Source: Methanobacteriota archaeon
Lineage (GTDB): Archaea; JAADCQ01; Methanopyri; Methanopyrales; Methanopyraceae
Length of the DNA stretch: 64,000 nucleotides
Direction: 5' to 3'
NCBI GenBank assembly: GCA_027064425.1
Contig: JAMOPO010000027.1
Span: 160,001-224,000 of the forward strand
In this document: one piece after another, positions 8,917 to 19,303 of the stretch
How positions within the stretch are numbered: the first letter of the stretch is position 1
Layout: the number at the start of each line of letters is the position of its first letter
The notes under the pieces: generated by a model
What the model was told of the DNA's origin: nothing
Database searches by the model: none
The model's input: the letters and a program-made list of their open reading frames with translations, nothing else
Translations under genes and position numbers: made by a program

Positions 8917-10382
8917 AGGGAGCGAGCCAGCAGCACGGTGAGGTTCAGCACCTCGGCGTCCACCTCACACCGCTCCAGCCCCTCCCTCAGGTTGTACTCG
9001 CAGAACGGGCAGACCGTGGTCAGTAAGTCGGCGCCGACCTCCTCGACCATCCGCGCCTTCACGTCCGCCATCAACCTCGCCAGCTCCGGCAAGCCGGCGC
9101 GAACGCCTCCCCCGGCTCCGCAGCATCGGTCCGGCTCGCGCATCTCCCGGAACTCGATCCCGTCAACCGCCTTCAGCAGGCGGCGGGGCTCACGGTGTAC
9201 CCCCTGACCGCGCCTGAGGTGACACGGATCGTGGTACGTGACCACGACCTCCTCGGAGTGCTTGAACCCCCGCTCGTGCGCCCTGACCTCCCGAACGAGG
9301 AACTCCGTGACGTCCATGACCTCCCACTCGAACCGCTCGCCCAGCAGCTCCGGGTAATCGTTCTTCAGCGTCGCACCGCAGCCCGCGCACACCGTCACGA
9401 TCACGTCCGGGTCAACCCGCTGGAAGGCTTCCAGGTTCCTGAAGGCCAGCCGATCCGCCCGGTCCCGCTGCCCGGTCCTCAACAGGGGTGACCCGCAGCA
9501 GACCTGATCCTCGGGCACCACTAGCCGGAACCCTAGCTCCTCCGCCAAGCTGATCAGGGCCCTCCCGGTCTCGGGCAGCCTGTAGTCGACGAGGCAGCCG
9601 GTGAAGAAGAGCGCCTTGACGTCTCCCGACCCGTACTCGCCCGCGTGCTCCTCTAGGAAGGACGCCTCCTTCTTCTCCACCGAGCGTCCCGTGCGGACGG
9701 CCCGCCTACCCACCTCGCGGTGCTCTTTGAGGGGGCCGAGACCGCGCTCCCGCAGCCTCGCCCGCAGCGTCTCCACGGCCTTCTTCGGGATGTCAATGTC
9801 CCTCGGGCAAACCTCCGCGCAGCGGTGGCACGTCGTGCACGCGTAGACGTCCTCGAGCTCGGGCACTCGGTCCCACTTCTCGGCCTCCTCTGCGGCCTTC
9901 CGGAGCACGGTGGGGCCCGGGTTCCGGGTCGATCCCGCCCGGATCACTGGGCACTCCGCGACGCAGCACAGGCACTCGATGCACGACCGGAGCTCGTGCA
10001 GCCGCTCGCTCTCCTCCCTGTCGAGCCGCCGGAACCAGTCCAGGTTGGACCGCGGGGAGAGGGGCCTCAGTCGCTCCGTCACCTCACGCCAGTCCACGAC
10101 CAGATCCCGGAGGACGGGGAGGTGCCGCAGCGGCTCGACGGTGACCTCCTCCCCCGGCTCGAGCCGGTACTCGCAGGCCAGGCCCGCTCGCCCGTTGATC
10201 AGCACGGCGCAGGTCCCGCACTGCGCGTTCCTGCACGAGTACTGGAACTCCAGGTCGGGCGCCTCGTGCTCCTTGATCCACAGCAGCGCGTCCAGGAGCG
10301 TCATCCCCTCCCGGTAGGGCACCTCGGCCTCAAGCTCCCTGTCCGGGGTCCGGATGCGGACCAGCACGGACTCCTCCGCCAA
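8913..10382 (-). CDS. tfrB: Thiol:fumarate reductase subunit B (SdhB-like Fe-S domain plus two CCG domains)
   Basis: SCRNAQCGTC 2Fe-2S motif, two CxxCxxCxxxCP motifs, two CCG motifs, YHDPCHL. Confidence 0.85.
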   Translation of the reverse strand: MAEESVLVRIRTPDRELEAEVPYREGMTLLDALLWIKEHEAPDLEFQYSCRNAQCGTCAVLINGRAGLACEYRLEPGEEVTVEPLRHLPVLRDLVVDWREVTERLRPLSPRSNLDWFRRLDREESERLHELRSCIECLCCVAECPVIRAGSTRNPGPTVLRKAAEEAEKWDRVPELEDVYACTTCHRCAEVCPRDIDIPKKAVETLRARLRERGLGPLKEHREVGRRAVRTGRSVEKKEASFLEEHAGEYGSGDVKALFFTGCLVDYRLPETGRALISLAEELGFRLVVPEDQVCCGSPLLRTGQRDRADRLAFRNLEAFQRVDPDVIVTVCAGCGATLKNDYPELLGERFEWEVMDVTEFLVREVRAHERGFKHSEEVVVTYHDPCHLRRGQGVHREPRRLLKAVDGIEFREMREPDRCCGAGGGVRAGLPELARLMADVKARMVEEVGADLLTTVCPFCEYNLREGLERCEVDAEVLNLTVLLARSL

Positions 10383-10388
10383 GCCCTC

Positions 10389-10913
10389 TCACCACCTCAT
10401 CTTGGTCAAATCGAGCTCGACGTCGTCCACCTCGCGGGCGAAGGAGGCCGCGATGTCGTACCCCAGCTCCAGCGGGTCGCCATCCCAGCCGAGATCCCGG
10501 AGGGAGGTGGCGGGGACCGGCACGCCCTCGGTGCTCACGTTGATGCCCAGGTGCGCCAGGGCGCCCGGTCCGGCCGGCTTGAACACTGAGACCGTGAGCT
10601 TACGGTCGTCGTGGAGCAGGTCGTCCCCGTCCCGGTCCAGCCTCACGGACAGCCGCTCTTCCAGCACCTCCCGGGCCCTGACGACGAGGAGCCGCTGGAG
10701 CAGGCCGGCCGCTGCGGGCTCGCACCTGGTGGGGTCGTCGAGGATGAGGTGCAGCACGTCGCCGCCGCGGATGGGCTCGTCCAGGTCCTCCGTGTCCACC
10801 GTGCGCTCGCGGGGAACGTCCATCGGGCCTCGGAAGACGAGGATCGCGCGCCCACGCACCCCGTACCGCTCGTGGATGAAGGCGCGGCGGAGCTGGGAGC
10901 CGTCGTACTTCAT
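10389..10913 (-). CDS. DUF366 family protein (BPL/LplA-like fold)
   Basis: YDGSQL, DGDDL...KLTVSV, HLGINV; ATG at 10913 overlaps the ogt stop (ATGA). Confidence 0.8.
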   Translation of the reverse strand: MKYDGSQLRRAFIHERYGVRGRAILVFRGPMDVPRERTVDTEDLDEPIRGGDVLHLILDDPTRCEPAAAGLLQRLLVVRAREVLEERLSVRLDRDGDDLLHDDRKLTVSVFKPAGPGALAHLGINVSTEGVPVPATSLRDLGWDGDPLELGYDIAASFAREVDDVELDLTKMRW

Positions 10914-11413
10914 CCGCTCCCGCTCGACGACGATCGTCCAGGTCCCGACCCGGTGCGCGCGAGCGCTCCCTCGAGCCTCAGTAGCCTCCTCTTCCATCGC
11001 AACCCCCACCTGAACCCGCCGAGTCCTCGTGCTCCGACGACGCGGTGGCAGGGCACGATGATGGGAGTCTCGTTGCGGGCCAGCGCCTGCCCGACGACGC
11101 GCGGGTGCGTGCCGACGCGCTCGGCCAGCTCCCCGTACGTTTTAACCTCGCCGTACCCCACCCTCCTGACCTCGGAGAGCACGGCCCGGTGGATCGGCGC
11201 GTCCGGGAGCCTGACGGGCACGTCACTGAAGTCCTCGCGCTCGCCCCGGAAGTAGCGCTCCAGCCGCTCTCTCAGCCTTCGGAAATCCTTTTCCGGCAGT
11301 GGAGGAGGTTCGGTCCCGGGCGGGGCGACCCGGAGGACGCGCCGCCCGTCGTGGACCACGTGCCCGCGCCCGTACGGAGTCTCGTAAGTCAGGACGTACC
11401 GGGGTGAGGTCAT
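10910..11413 (-). CDS. ogt: Methylated-DNA--protein-cysteine methyltransferase
   Basis: YGEVKTYGELA, RVVGQAL..N, PCHRVV active-site motif. Confidence 0.92.
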   Translation of the reverse strand: MTSPRYVLTYETPYGRGHVVHDGRRVLRVAPPGTEPPPLPEKDFRRLRERLERYFRGEREDFSDVPVRLPDAPIHRAVLSEVRRVGYGEVKTYGELAERVGTHPRVVGQALARNETPIIVPCHRVVGARGLGGFRWGLRWKRRLLRLEGALARTGSGPGRSSSSGSG

Positions 11414-11414
11414 C

Positions 11415-13349
11415 GTGGTGGAACCCCTGACTGCGGACGAGCTGGACTGGGACGAGCTCGGGCTGAAGGTGGGTCTGGAGATCCACCGTCAGCTGGACAC
11501 GCCCAGGAAGCTGTTCTGCCGGTGTGAGCCGGAGCTCGTGGAGGAGGTGCCGGAGGAGCCCCGGGTGCGCCGTAAGCTGAGGCCGGTGCAGAGTGAGATG
11601 GGCGAGTTCGATCCGGCGGCGCTGGAGGAGTTCAAGCGGGATCGGACGTTCCACTACCTGTCCGACGGGTCGTTCTCCTGCCTGGTTGAGCTGGACGAGG
11701 AGCCCCCGCACGAGCCGTGTGAGGAGGCCCTGGACATCGCGATCAAGGTCACGCTCCTGCTCGGTGGCGAGGTGGTCGACGAGGTCCACGTCATGCGCAA
11801 GATGGTCATCGACGGCTCGAACACGACCGGCTTCCAGCGGACGATGCTGGTGGGGATCGGTGGGGAGGTCCCCACGTCCGAGGGCACCGTTCGGATCAGC
11901 ACGATCTGCCTGGAGGAGGACGCCGCGCGGAAGGTGAAGGGCTGGGACCAGGAGCTGCAGGTCGAGTACTGCCTGGACCGGCTGGGCATTCCACTGATCG
12001 AGGTGTCCACGGAGCCGGACATTCGGACGCCCGAGCAGGCGCGGGAGGCGGCGGAGAACATCGGCGAGGCGATCAAGGCGGTGGGCGGGGTCAAGTCCGG
12101 CATCGGCACGGTGCGGCAGGACGTGAACATCTCGATCGAGGGCGGCGCGGTGCAGGAGATCAAGGGCGTGCAGGACCTGAACCTGATCCCGAAGGTGGTG
12201 AGGTTCGAGGCGCTGCGCCAGGCCAACCTGCTGCGGTTGAGGGACGAGCTGCGGGAGCGGGGCGTGAAGGAGACGGACGTGGTGGAGTGTCGGCCGGTGG
12301 ACGTGACCGAGGTGTTCGAGGGGACGGAGTCGGAGGTGATTCGGCGCGAGCTCGAGCGGGGCGGCGTCGTCTACGCGCTGAAGCTGCCCGGGTTCGACGG
12401 GCTGCTGGGCTTTGAGCTCTGCCCGGGTCGCCGGTTCGGCACGGAGCTGGCCGACTACGCGAAGCGCCGGGGTGTTTCGGGGCTCTTCCACTCGGACGAG
12501 CTGCCCGGGTACGGGATCTCGGAGCGGGAGGTGGAGGAGGTCGAGCGGCGGCTTAAGGTGGGGGATGAGGACGCGTTCGTGCTCATTGCGGGCCCGGAGG
12601 ACCGGGTCAAGTCGGCGATGGAGGCGGTGAAGGACCGGGCGGTGATGGCGTTGGACGGCGTTCCGGCCGAGACGCGGCGGGCGCTGAAGGACGGTACGAC
12701 GGAGTACATGCGGCCGCGACCGGGCGCCGCGCGGATGTACCCGGAGACGGACATCCCGCCGGTCGTGATCAGCCGGAAGCGGGTGGAGCGACTGCGACGC
12801 GAGCTGCCGGAGCGGCCGTGGGAGCGGCGTGAGAAGCTGCTGAAGGAGTACGGGCTGAACGAGGAGCTGGTGGAGCAGCTGTTCGAGCACGGGCGGGTGG
12901 AGGAGTTCGAGCGCCTGGTGGAGCGCACGGGCGCGGACCCGAAGGTGGTGGCCACGACCCTGGTGAACGTGCTGCCCAGGCTGAAGAAGGACGGTTACCC
13001 GGTGGAGGAGCTCAAGGAGTCGCACCTGGAGGAGGTGCTGCGGCTGCACGCGGAGGGTAAGATCGCGAAGTCGGCGATCGAGGAGCTGCTGGGGGCGCTC
13101 GCGGCGGACCCGGACGCGGACGCGGAGGAGCTGGCGGAGGAGCTTGGCCTGATCATGGCGTCACGGGAGGAGATCGAGCGCGTGGTGAGGAAGGTGGTGG
13201 AGCGGCACAGGGATGAGATCGAGGAGCGCGGGATGCGGGCGATGGGCAAGGTGATGGGTGAGGTGATGGAGGTGCTTCGAGGGCGCGCGGACGGCAAGCT
13301 GGTCAGCGAGATCGTGCGGGAACACATCAAGAGGATCGCCGGAGAGTGA
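11415..13349 (+). CDS. gatE: Glu-tRNA(Gln) amidotransferase subunit E
   Basis: KVGLEIHRQL..KLFC, DGSNTTGFQRT, RQDVNISI, RPGAARMYPETD, Yqey-like tail. Confidence 0.97.
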   Translation: MVEPLTADELDWDELGLKVGLEIHRQLDTPRKLFCRCEPELVEEVPEEPRVRRKLRPVQSEMGEFDPAALEEFKRDRTFHYLSDGSFSCLVELDEEPPHEPCEEALDIAIKVTLLLGGEVVDEVHVMRKMVIDGSNTTGFQRTMLVGIGGEVPTSEGTVRISTICLEEDAARKVKGWDQELQVEYCLDRLGIPLIEVSTEPDIRTPEQAREAAENIGEAIKAVGGVKSGIGTVRQDVNISIEGGAVQEIKGVQDLNLIPKVVRFEALRQANLLRLRDELRERGVKETDVVECRPVDVTEVFEGTESEVIRRELERGGVVYALKLPGFDGLLGFELCPGRRFGTELADYAKRRGVSGLFHSDELPGYGISEREVEEVERRLKVGDEDAFVLIAGPEDRVKSAMEAVKDRAVMALDGVPAETRRALKDGTTEYMRPRPGAARMYPETDIPPVVISRKRVERLRRELPERPWERREKLLKEYGLNEELVEQLFEHGRVEEFERLVERTGADPKVVATTLVNVLPRLKKDGYPVEELKESHLEEVLRLHAEGKIAKSAIEELLGALAADPDADAEELAEELGLIMASREEIERVVRKVVERHRDEIEERGMRAMGKVMGEVMEVLRGRADGKLVSEIVREHIKRIAGE

Positions 13350-14407
13350 TCGAGTTGAACGTGGAGCGGCGGGTGGTGCGGCTACTCAAGGAGTACATCT
13401 CCATCCCGAGCGTCAGCGGTGAGGAGCGGGAGTTCGCGGAGCGGTACGCCTCGGACCTGGAACGGGCCGGGCTGGAGGTGGAGGTGGACGAGCTGGGGAA
13501 CGTGATCGCTCGCCGCGGTGACCCCCGGGTGTGCCTGACCTCTCACCTGGACACGGTGCCGCCGGACGGGATGGAGGACCCGTTCGAGCCTCGGGTCAGG
13601 GACGGTAGGATCTACGGCCGGGGCGCGTGCGACGCGAAGGCCAACCTTGCCGTCTACGTGGTCGTGGCCGAGCTGTGGGACGGGCCGCTGGAGATCATCG
13701 GCGTGGTCCGCGAGGAGACGGACTCCGCGGGCGTCAAGCGGGTGCTGGAGGAGGGCAAGATGGTCTCCGACAACGTCATCAACGGCGAGCCGACGGGACT
13801 GCGCCCCGTCATCGGGCACAAGTCGCGGGCGGAGGTCCGGCTCCGAATCCGGGGGAAACCGCGGCACGCGAGCTCGGACCATCCGGACAACCCGATCGTG
13901 CGGTTCTGTCGCGTGCTGGAGCGGTTGAGGGAGCGCGCTCGGCAGTACGAGGACGAGCTCGGCCGCCCGACCGTGGTTCCCACCCGGGTCGTGTCCGAGT
14001 CTCGGGCGACGAACGTGACCCCGGGGGAGCTGGAGGCGGTGCTGGACGTCCGCCTGAACACGGAGCTGTCCCTGGACGAGCTGCGGGAGATGCTGGAGGA
14101 GGAGTGCGAGCGGGTGGAGGTGAGGGCGGGCGCCCCACCGTTCAAGCTCCGGGGGGACGAGGCCGTTGTCCGCGCGCTGGAGCGGGCTCTGGACAAGTTC
14201 GGCCTGCCCACGGAGCCGGTCGTCTGGCCGGCGAGCACCGACGCCGGGTACATCCGGCACCTCGGCGGGAAGGACGTCGTCGTGTTCGGGCCGGGATCCA
14301 TAAAATACGCTCACACGCCGAAAGAGCACGTACCGATCCCCGAGCTCGTCACGGCCGTGCACGTGCTGCGAGAGGTCGTGAACGAGCTGTCCCAAGGGTG
14401 TGCTTAA
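13346..14407 (+). CDS. M20 family metallopeptidase/deacylase (ArgE/DapE/LysK-like)
   Basis: [25 protein letters not shown]...AHTPKE. Confidence 0.85.
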   Translation: MIELNVERRVVRLLKEYISIPSVSGEEREFAERYASDLERAGLEVEVDELGNVIARRGDPRVCLTSHLDTVPPDGMEDPFEPRVRDGRIYGRGACDAKANLAVYVVVAELWDGPLEIIGVVREETDSAGVKRVLEEGKMVSDNVINGEPTGLRPVIGHKSRAEVRLRIRGKPRHASSDHPDNPIVRFCRVLERLRERARQYEDELGRPTVVPTRVVSESRATNVTPGELEAVLDVRLNTELSLDELREMLEEECERVEVRAGAPPFKLRGDEAVVRALERALDKFGLPTEPVVWPASTDAGYIRHLGGKDVVVFGPGSIKYAHTPKEHVPIPELVTAVHVLREVVNELSQGCA

Positions 14408-14408
14408 C

Positions 14409-16253
14409 GTGTGCGGGATCGTCGGATACGTGGGTGAGCGAGACGCCGCCCCGATCATCGTGGAGTCGTTGGTGAGGTTGGAGTACCGGGGGTACGACTC
14501 GGCCGGCGTCGCGACCATTCATGACGGTAAGCTCCACGTGGAGAAGGACGCCGGAAAGCTGACGGAGGGTGGGGAGCCCACGGAGCTCCAGCGCCGCCTG
14601 AAGTCCCTGCCCGGTAAGATCGGAGTGGGTCACACTCGGTGGGCCACGCACGGTGACCCGACGCGGGAGAACGCTCACCCGCACACGGACTGCGAGGGTC
14701 GGATCGCGGTCGTCCACAACGGCATCATCGAGAACTTCAGCGAGCTGCGCAAGGAGCTCGAGGAGCGCGGTCACAAGTTCGACTCGGAGACGGACACGGA
14801 GGTCGTCCCGCACCTGATCGAGGAGTTCATGGAGGAGGGCAAGTCGTTCTTCGACGCGTTCGTCGAGGCGGTCAGGCGGCTGGAGGGATCGTACGCGATC
14901 GCCGCGATCTGCGTGGACGAGCCGGGCGTGATCCTCGCGGCCCGGAAGGAGAGCCCCCTGGTCGTGGGGTTGGGCGACGACGGGAACTTCCTGGCCTCGG
15001 ACATCCCGGCGATCCTCCCGGAGACGAACGAGGTGATTCCCATCGACGACGGCGAGATCGTGGCGGTGAAGCGGGACGAGGTGAAGATCCTGGACGCGGA
15101 GACGCTGGAGGACGTGACGGACGAGAAGGAGGTGCAGGTCGTCGAGGAGGACCCGCACAAGCTGGAGCGGCACGGTTACCCGCACTTCATGCTGAAGGAG
15201 ATCCACGAGCAGCCGGAGGCCGTGCGCAACACGCTGACCATCGAGCGCGACCGGCTGGTGGAGATGGCCGAGAGGCTGGCGCGGGGCGACTACCGGAAGC
15301 TGTACATCGTCGCGTGCGGCACCTCGTACCACGCTGGGCTGGGCGCCAAGTACGCGATGGAGATGCTGGCCAAGTTCCCCGTGGACGTGGTCATCGCGTC
15401 CGAGTTCCGGTACGTGACGAAGGAGCTGGTGGACGAGGAGACGCTGGTGCTGGCGATCTCGCAGTCGGGTGAGACGGCGGACACGCTCGCGGCCGTGCGG
15501 GAGGCGAACGAGCGGGGCGCGACGACGATCGCGCTCACGAACGTCGTTGGGAGCACCATCACCCGCGAGGTCGACCACGTGATGTACACGCACGCGGGCT
15601 TCGAGAAGGCGGTGGCGGCGACGAAGACGTACACCGCTCAGCTGGCGGCGATGTACACGCTCGCCGTGGAGCTGGCCCGGCGGCTGGGTGAGATCACGGA
15701 CAAGGAGGCGAAGGAGTACCACGAGGAGCTGAGCCGGGTGCCGGAGATGCTGGAGGAGATCCTGAGCTGGGAGCGCGAGCGCGAGATCGCCGTGCTGGGC
15801 GGGCGGTACAAGGAGAAGCCGAACTGGTTCTTCATCGGTCGGGGTCCGGGCTACCCGACGGCGATGGAGGGCGCGCTGAAGCTGAAGGAGATCACGTACC
15901 AGCACGCGGAGGCGTACCCGGCGGGTGAGCTGAAGCACGGTCCGCTGGCGCTGATCGAGGAGGGCGTGCCGGTGGTCGCGGTGGCGCAGCCGGGCGGCGT
16001 GTACGAGAAGATGCTGGCCAACATCGAGGAGGTGAAGGCGCGCGGCGCGACGGTGATCACGGTCGCGGAGGAGGGTGACGAGAACGTGGAGGAGCACTCT
16101 GACCACGTGATCCGGGTGCCGAAGATCAGCGAGGTGTTCTCGCCGATCGTGTACACGGTCCCGCTGCAGCTGCTGGCGTACTACATGAGCGTGGCCCGAG
16201 GCATCGACCCGGACTACCCGCGGAACCTGGCGAAGAGCGTCACGGTGGAGTAG
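14409..16253 (+). CDS. glmS: Glutamine--fructose-6-phosphate aminotransferase
   Basis: MCGIVG Ntn start (GTG 14409), [29 protein letters not shown]. Confidence 0.98.
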   Translation: MCGIVGYVGERDAAPIIVESLVRLEYRGYDSAGVATIHDGKLHVEKDAGKLTEGGEPTELQRRLKSLPGKIGVGHTRWATHGDPTRENAHPHTDCEGRIAVVHNGIIENFSELRKELEERGHKFDSETDTEVVPHLIEEFMEEGKSFFDAFVEAVRRLEGSYAIAAICVDEPGVILAARKESPLVVGLGDDGNFLASDIPAILPETNEVIPIDDGEIVAVKRDEVKILDAETLEDVTDEKEVQVVEEDPHKLERHGYPHFMLKEIHEQPEAVRNTLTIERDRLVEMAERLARGDYRKLYIVACGTSYHAGLGAKYAMEMLAKFPVDVVIASEFRYVTKELVDEETLVLAISQSGETADTLAAVREANERGATTIALTNVVGSTITREVDHVMYTHAGFEKAVAATKTYTAQLAAMYTLAVELARRLGEITDKEAKEYHEELSRVPEMLEEILSWEREREIAVLGGRYKEKPNWFFIGRGPGYPTAMEGALKLKEITYQHAEAYPAGELKHGPLALIEEGVPVVAVAQPGGVYEKMLANIEEVKARGATVITVAEEGDENVEEHSDHVIRVPKISEVFSPIVYTVPLQLLAYYMSVARGIDPDYPRNLAKSVTVE

Positions 16254-16259
16254 GCCGGC

Positions 16260-17717
16260 TCAGTCCCCCTCCTCCTCTTCCTCGATCCCTATCACCTCGA
16301 AGATGCGCTTCCGGACCGCCTCCTCCACGAGCTCCAGCACCTCATCCTTCTGCACGTCCTTGAAGATCCCCAGCGGGATCTCGGCCGCGGCCGCCTTCGA
16401 GTGACCTCCCGCGGAACCGACGTCCCCGAACGCCTCCTTCATCACCTCGCCGAGGTTCAGGCGGATGTCGTCCGTCCTGGCGGAGATCTTGATCTTCCCG
16501 TCCACCACCCCGAAGACGATCACCGTGTGAACGCCCTCCAGGTTCAGCAGGTAGTCCGCGGCCTGAGGCAGCGCGTCCTCGTTCTTGACGAAGCCCACGT
16601 TGGAGAACAGGTAGCTCCGGACCACGGTGCGGTTCCGGATGGCCTCCCCCAGCACGTCCAGCGTCTCCGGGGAGATGTCGGGGGACTCGATCTTCGCGAG
16701 CACCTCGTGATCGGCCCGCGGGTACAGGTAGGCGGCCGCCTTCAAATCCTCCGGGGACACGTTGCGGGTGAAGTTGAGGGTGTCCGTCCGGATGCCGTAG
16801 AGCAGCGCCGTGGCGATGCGCTTGTCCACGTCCCGCCCCAGCGTCTTCAGGTACTGGGTCAGGATGGTCGAGGTGGCGCCCACCTCGGGGCGGTGGTCCG
16901 TGAACTCGGCCAGCTCGAGCGCGTTGAGGGAGGAGCCCTCGCTGACGCTCATCATGCCGCCGTTGGACGAGTCGTGGTGGTCAATGACCGCGAGGATGCG
17001 GCCGTCCAGGTCGTCTCCGAGCTCCTCCTCCAGCACCTTGGGCACGACCGGCGTGTCGACGATGGCGAAGGCATCGTACTCGTCCAGGTCCACCTCGGAC
17101 GCGCGGATCATCTCGATGTCGAGCATGTTGACCAGGGCCTTGTTCTCCTGGTGACCGATCTCGCCCCCGTACACGATGTCAACGTGCACGTCCTTCATGG
17201 AGGCGAGCTCCTGCAGGGCGACCGCGCTCGCGATGGAGTCCGGGTCAGGGTTGTTGTGGGGGACGATCGCGACGGAGTCGACGCGCTCGAACCCGGCCAG
17301 GAGCTCCTGAGCCTTCTGTCGGTTGCGCACGTTGTCGATGTTGTAGAGGAGCTTCTCCACCAGAAGCTGGTTGGGGGATAGGACCTCGTCGGCGCCCAGC
17401 TCCTTGAACTCCTCCACCCGCTCCTCATCCGCCACGCGGACGACCACGTACGCGCCCTCGTTCAGCTCGCGAATCAGCTCGACGGCCCGCGCGTTCACGT
17501 CGTCGTCCGGGGTGAGGACGTAAACGGTTACGGCCTCCTCAACGCCCGCCTCCTTCAGGACCCGCTGCTCCGTCACGTCCCCTATGACGACGTCAAAACC
17601 CTGCTCCTTCAGCACCTCCGCCCGGTTCTCGTCGCAGTCAACGATCACGACATCCTCGCCGCGGTCCCGGAGAGCGTCCGCGACCACGTGACCCACGGAT
17701 CCAGCACCCAGTATCAC
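16260..17717 (-). CDS. TrkA-N (RCK) domain plus DHH/DHHA1 phosphoesterase
   Basis: GAGSVG Rossmann motif, HNNPDPDSIAS, IDHH, GIRTDT, SAGGH. Confidence 0.85.
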   Translation of the reverse strand: MILGAGSVGHVVADALRDRGEDVVIVDCDENRAEVLKEQGFDVVIGDVTEQRVLKEAGVEEAVTVYVLTPDDDVNARAVELIRELNEGAYVVVRVADEERVEEFKELGADEVLSPNQLLVEKLLYNIDNVRNRQKAQELLAGFERVDSVAIVPHNNPDPDSIASAVALQELASMKDVHVDIVYGGEIGHQENKALVNMLDIEMIRASEVDLDEYDAFAIVDTPVVPKVLEEELGDDLDGRILAVIDHHDSSNGGMMSVSEGSSLNALELAEFTDHRPEVGATSTILTQYLKTLGRDVDKRIATALLYGIRTDTLNFTRNVSPEDLKAAAYLYPRADHEVLAKIESPDISPETLDVLGEAIRNRTVVRSYLFSNVGFVKNEDALPQAADYLLNLEGVHTVIVFGVVDGKIKISARTDDIRLNLGEVMKEAFGDVGSAGGHSKAAAAEIPLGIFKDVQKDEVLELVEEAVRKRIFEVIGIEEEEEGD

Positions 17718-17856
17718 GTGCAGGGGAATCTTCGATGCCCCCGGTTAAGATGAGATAAGCCTCTAACTCGTGCACCGCTGGCGGACGCGCCTTATACCCC
17801 TGGCATATAAGCATGTCTAGGCGCGAGCCGAACTCGGTTTCAGAAGTAGCCGAAAT

Positions 17857-17874
17857 GGGGAGGGAAAAAGAAGA
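17857..17874 (-). terminator. Oligo-U terminator after the eS26-like gene
   Basis: Minus strand TCTTCTTTTTCCCTCCCC directly after the stop codon. Confidence 0.5.
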
Positions 17875-18141
17875 CTAACCGCGGCGCTTAGGCTTGCGGA
17901 TGCCCAGGAACCGGGCGCACTTGGGGCAGTAGTAGACCTTCCTGGAGAACGTGTGCACGTACCGGTCGTCGACAGCCTGCTTGACGACGGGGTCCGTGAT
18001 CCGGAAACCCTGCGTGGCCGGGATGGCCTTGTGCCGCGGAACCTTGCCGCCGCAGCACTCACACGTCACGAACGAGGGTTTTCCTCGGGACTTCGACTGC
18101 TTCCAACCATCCCGGCCCTTTCTCCTTGGATTCCGCGCCAT
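17875..18141 (-). CDS. rps26e: 30S ribosomal protein eS26 (S26e) homolog
   Basis: 88 aa, very basic, CECCGGKVPRHKAI...YCPKCARFLGI fits the S26e Zn-finger pattern CxxC.G..VP.DKA...YCxxCA..LGI. Confidence 0.75.
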   Translation of the reverse strand: MARNPRRKGRDGWKQSKSRGKPSFVTCECCGGKVPRHKAIPATQGFRITDPVVKQAVDDRYVHTFSRKVYYCPKCARFLGIRKPKRRG

Positions 18142-18158
18142 CGGTCGCTCCCTCCCGG

Positions 18159-18692
18159 CTACTCGCCCCTGTCGAAGTATATATTCTTCCCGGTTGCGGA
18201 TAGTGGAATACCGATCACGACGTCCGCGTCCACCAGTCCCAGGGCTCGGACGGCGACGCCGACGGTGTACATCAGCCGGTTGTCGACGACCAGGTCGTTA
18301 GCGATCTTGGCGGCCGAGCCCAGCGCGATTCCCAGGTCGATCAGCTTGAAGCCGCAGATCGGGCCGGCGAACTCCCGGTCCACCTCCCGCTCCTCGAGCT
18401 CGTCGCAGGTCGAGCCGCACATTCCGCAGTTGAGGCCGCAGGGACCGCTGGACTTGACGCCGATCACCACGAGGCACTCGGACTTCCGCAGGCACTCCGC
18501 GTCTCGGCGGAAGAAGTCGGCGCCCTTCTCCTCGGCGATCTCCTCCATCTTGTCCGCGATCTCGTTCAGCCGCTCCTCGTCCTCGATGATCTTCACCACG
18601 ATGTCGTCGATTCCGCGCGTCTTGGGCGCCGTCCGGGCGGCGACGGCCATCAACCGGGCGGCCTGACGGACGCCCTCCGCCTCGGGCTTCAC
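18159..18692 (-). CDS. DUF2148 family ferredoxin-domain protein (nitroreductase-like)
   Basis: AARTAPK..GID, NCGMCG..C, CGFKLIDLGIALGSA, DNRLMY, GKNIYFDR; GTG 18692 overlaps the upstream stop. Confidence 0.82.
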   Translation of the reverse strand: MKPEAEGVRQAARLMAVAARTAPKTRGIDDIVVKIIEDEERLNEIADKMEEIAEEKGADFFRRDAECLRKSECLVVIGVKSSGPCGLNCGMCGSTCDELEEREVDREFAGPICGFKLIDLGIALGSAAKIANDLVVDNRLMYTVGVAVRALGLVDADVVIGIPLSATGKNIYFDRGE

Positions 18693-19249
18693 CGGGGTCC
18701 ACCCCCGACCGTGGGTGGGCGCTCCGCGAGGAGCATGTCGACCAGGCTGTCGCACAGGGCCGCGGCCATTCGAGCGTCCTTGTCCGCGGCGGCCGGGGGA
18801 GCCATCCCCTCGGGGTCGTCCGTGATCGCGCAGATCATGCCGTCCTTGGTGCGGCACATCATCCCGGGGCGGGCCGGGATCCACTCCTTGTCGCGCGGGT
18901 CGTAGACCTTCTTCACGGGCTTCCCCTCGAACGCCTCGGCGGAGGTGATCGGGAGCCGGGGTAAGGCCTTGTTGACGGCCTCGGTCCCCCGGCCCGGGAA
19001 GAAGGCGTCCATCAGCGCCTTGCCGAGCGCGGTGAACGTTCCGGTGGCGAGATACTTTTTACTCTGGAGATCCGGAGCCGTGCGCGCGTTGTAGATCCGG
19101 ACCTTGACGCGGTACATCCCGGTCACGGGCTTGACGAGGCGCTCCACGATCTCCTCCACCCTCTCGCTCCCGGGCACCTCAACCTCGGTCTTCAGCCCGG
19201 AGCCGGGGCGGACGGTGACGCGCACGTGCGTGATGACACCCTTTGTCAC
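18689..19249 (-). CDS. Hypothetical protein (possible beta-grasp-like N-terminus)
   Basis: Protein-like C-terminal part of ORF 18689..20071 fills the gap before glyA; GGGGAG RBS before GTG 19249; GTGA overlap with the downstream gene. Confidence 0.65.
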   Translation of the reverse strand: MTKGVITHVRVTVRPGSGLKTEVEVPGSERVEEIVERLVKPVTGMYRVKVRIYNARTAPDLQSKKYLATGTFTALGKALMDAFFPGRGTEAVNKALPRLPITSAEAFEGKPVKKVYDPRDKEWIPARPGMMCRTKDGMICAITDDPEGMAPPAAADKDARMAAALCDSLVDMLLAERPPTVGGGPR

Positions 19250-19303
19250 CGCCTCCCCCAGGGCTCGCCCGGTCACGCGCACCCTCCCCTTGGGGGGCTT
19301 CCG

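Noticed and set aside
11223-16106. Very long antisense ORFs (11223-13049, 14349-16106 and many others)
   Set aside because: Shadow frames of gatE/glmS caused by high GC3 codon bias; they have no motifs and an abnormal L/H/R/P composition.
17790-17812. CTTATA-N9-TATAAG palindrome as another copy of the 27-bp motif
   Set aside because: The arm sequence differs from ATCGTTW and is better explained as TATA elements.
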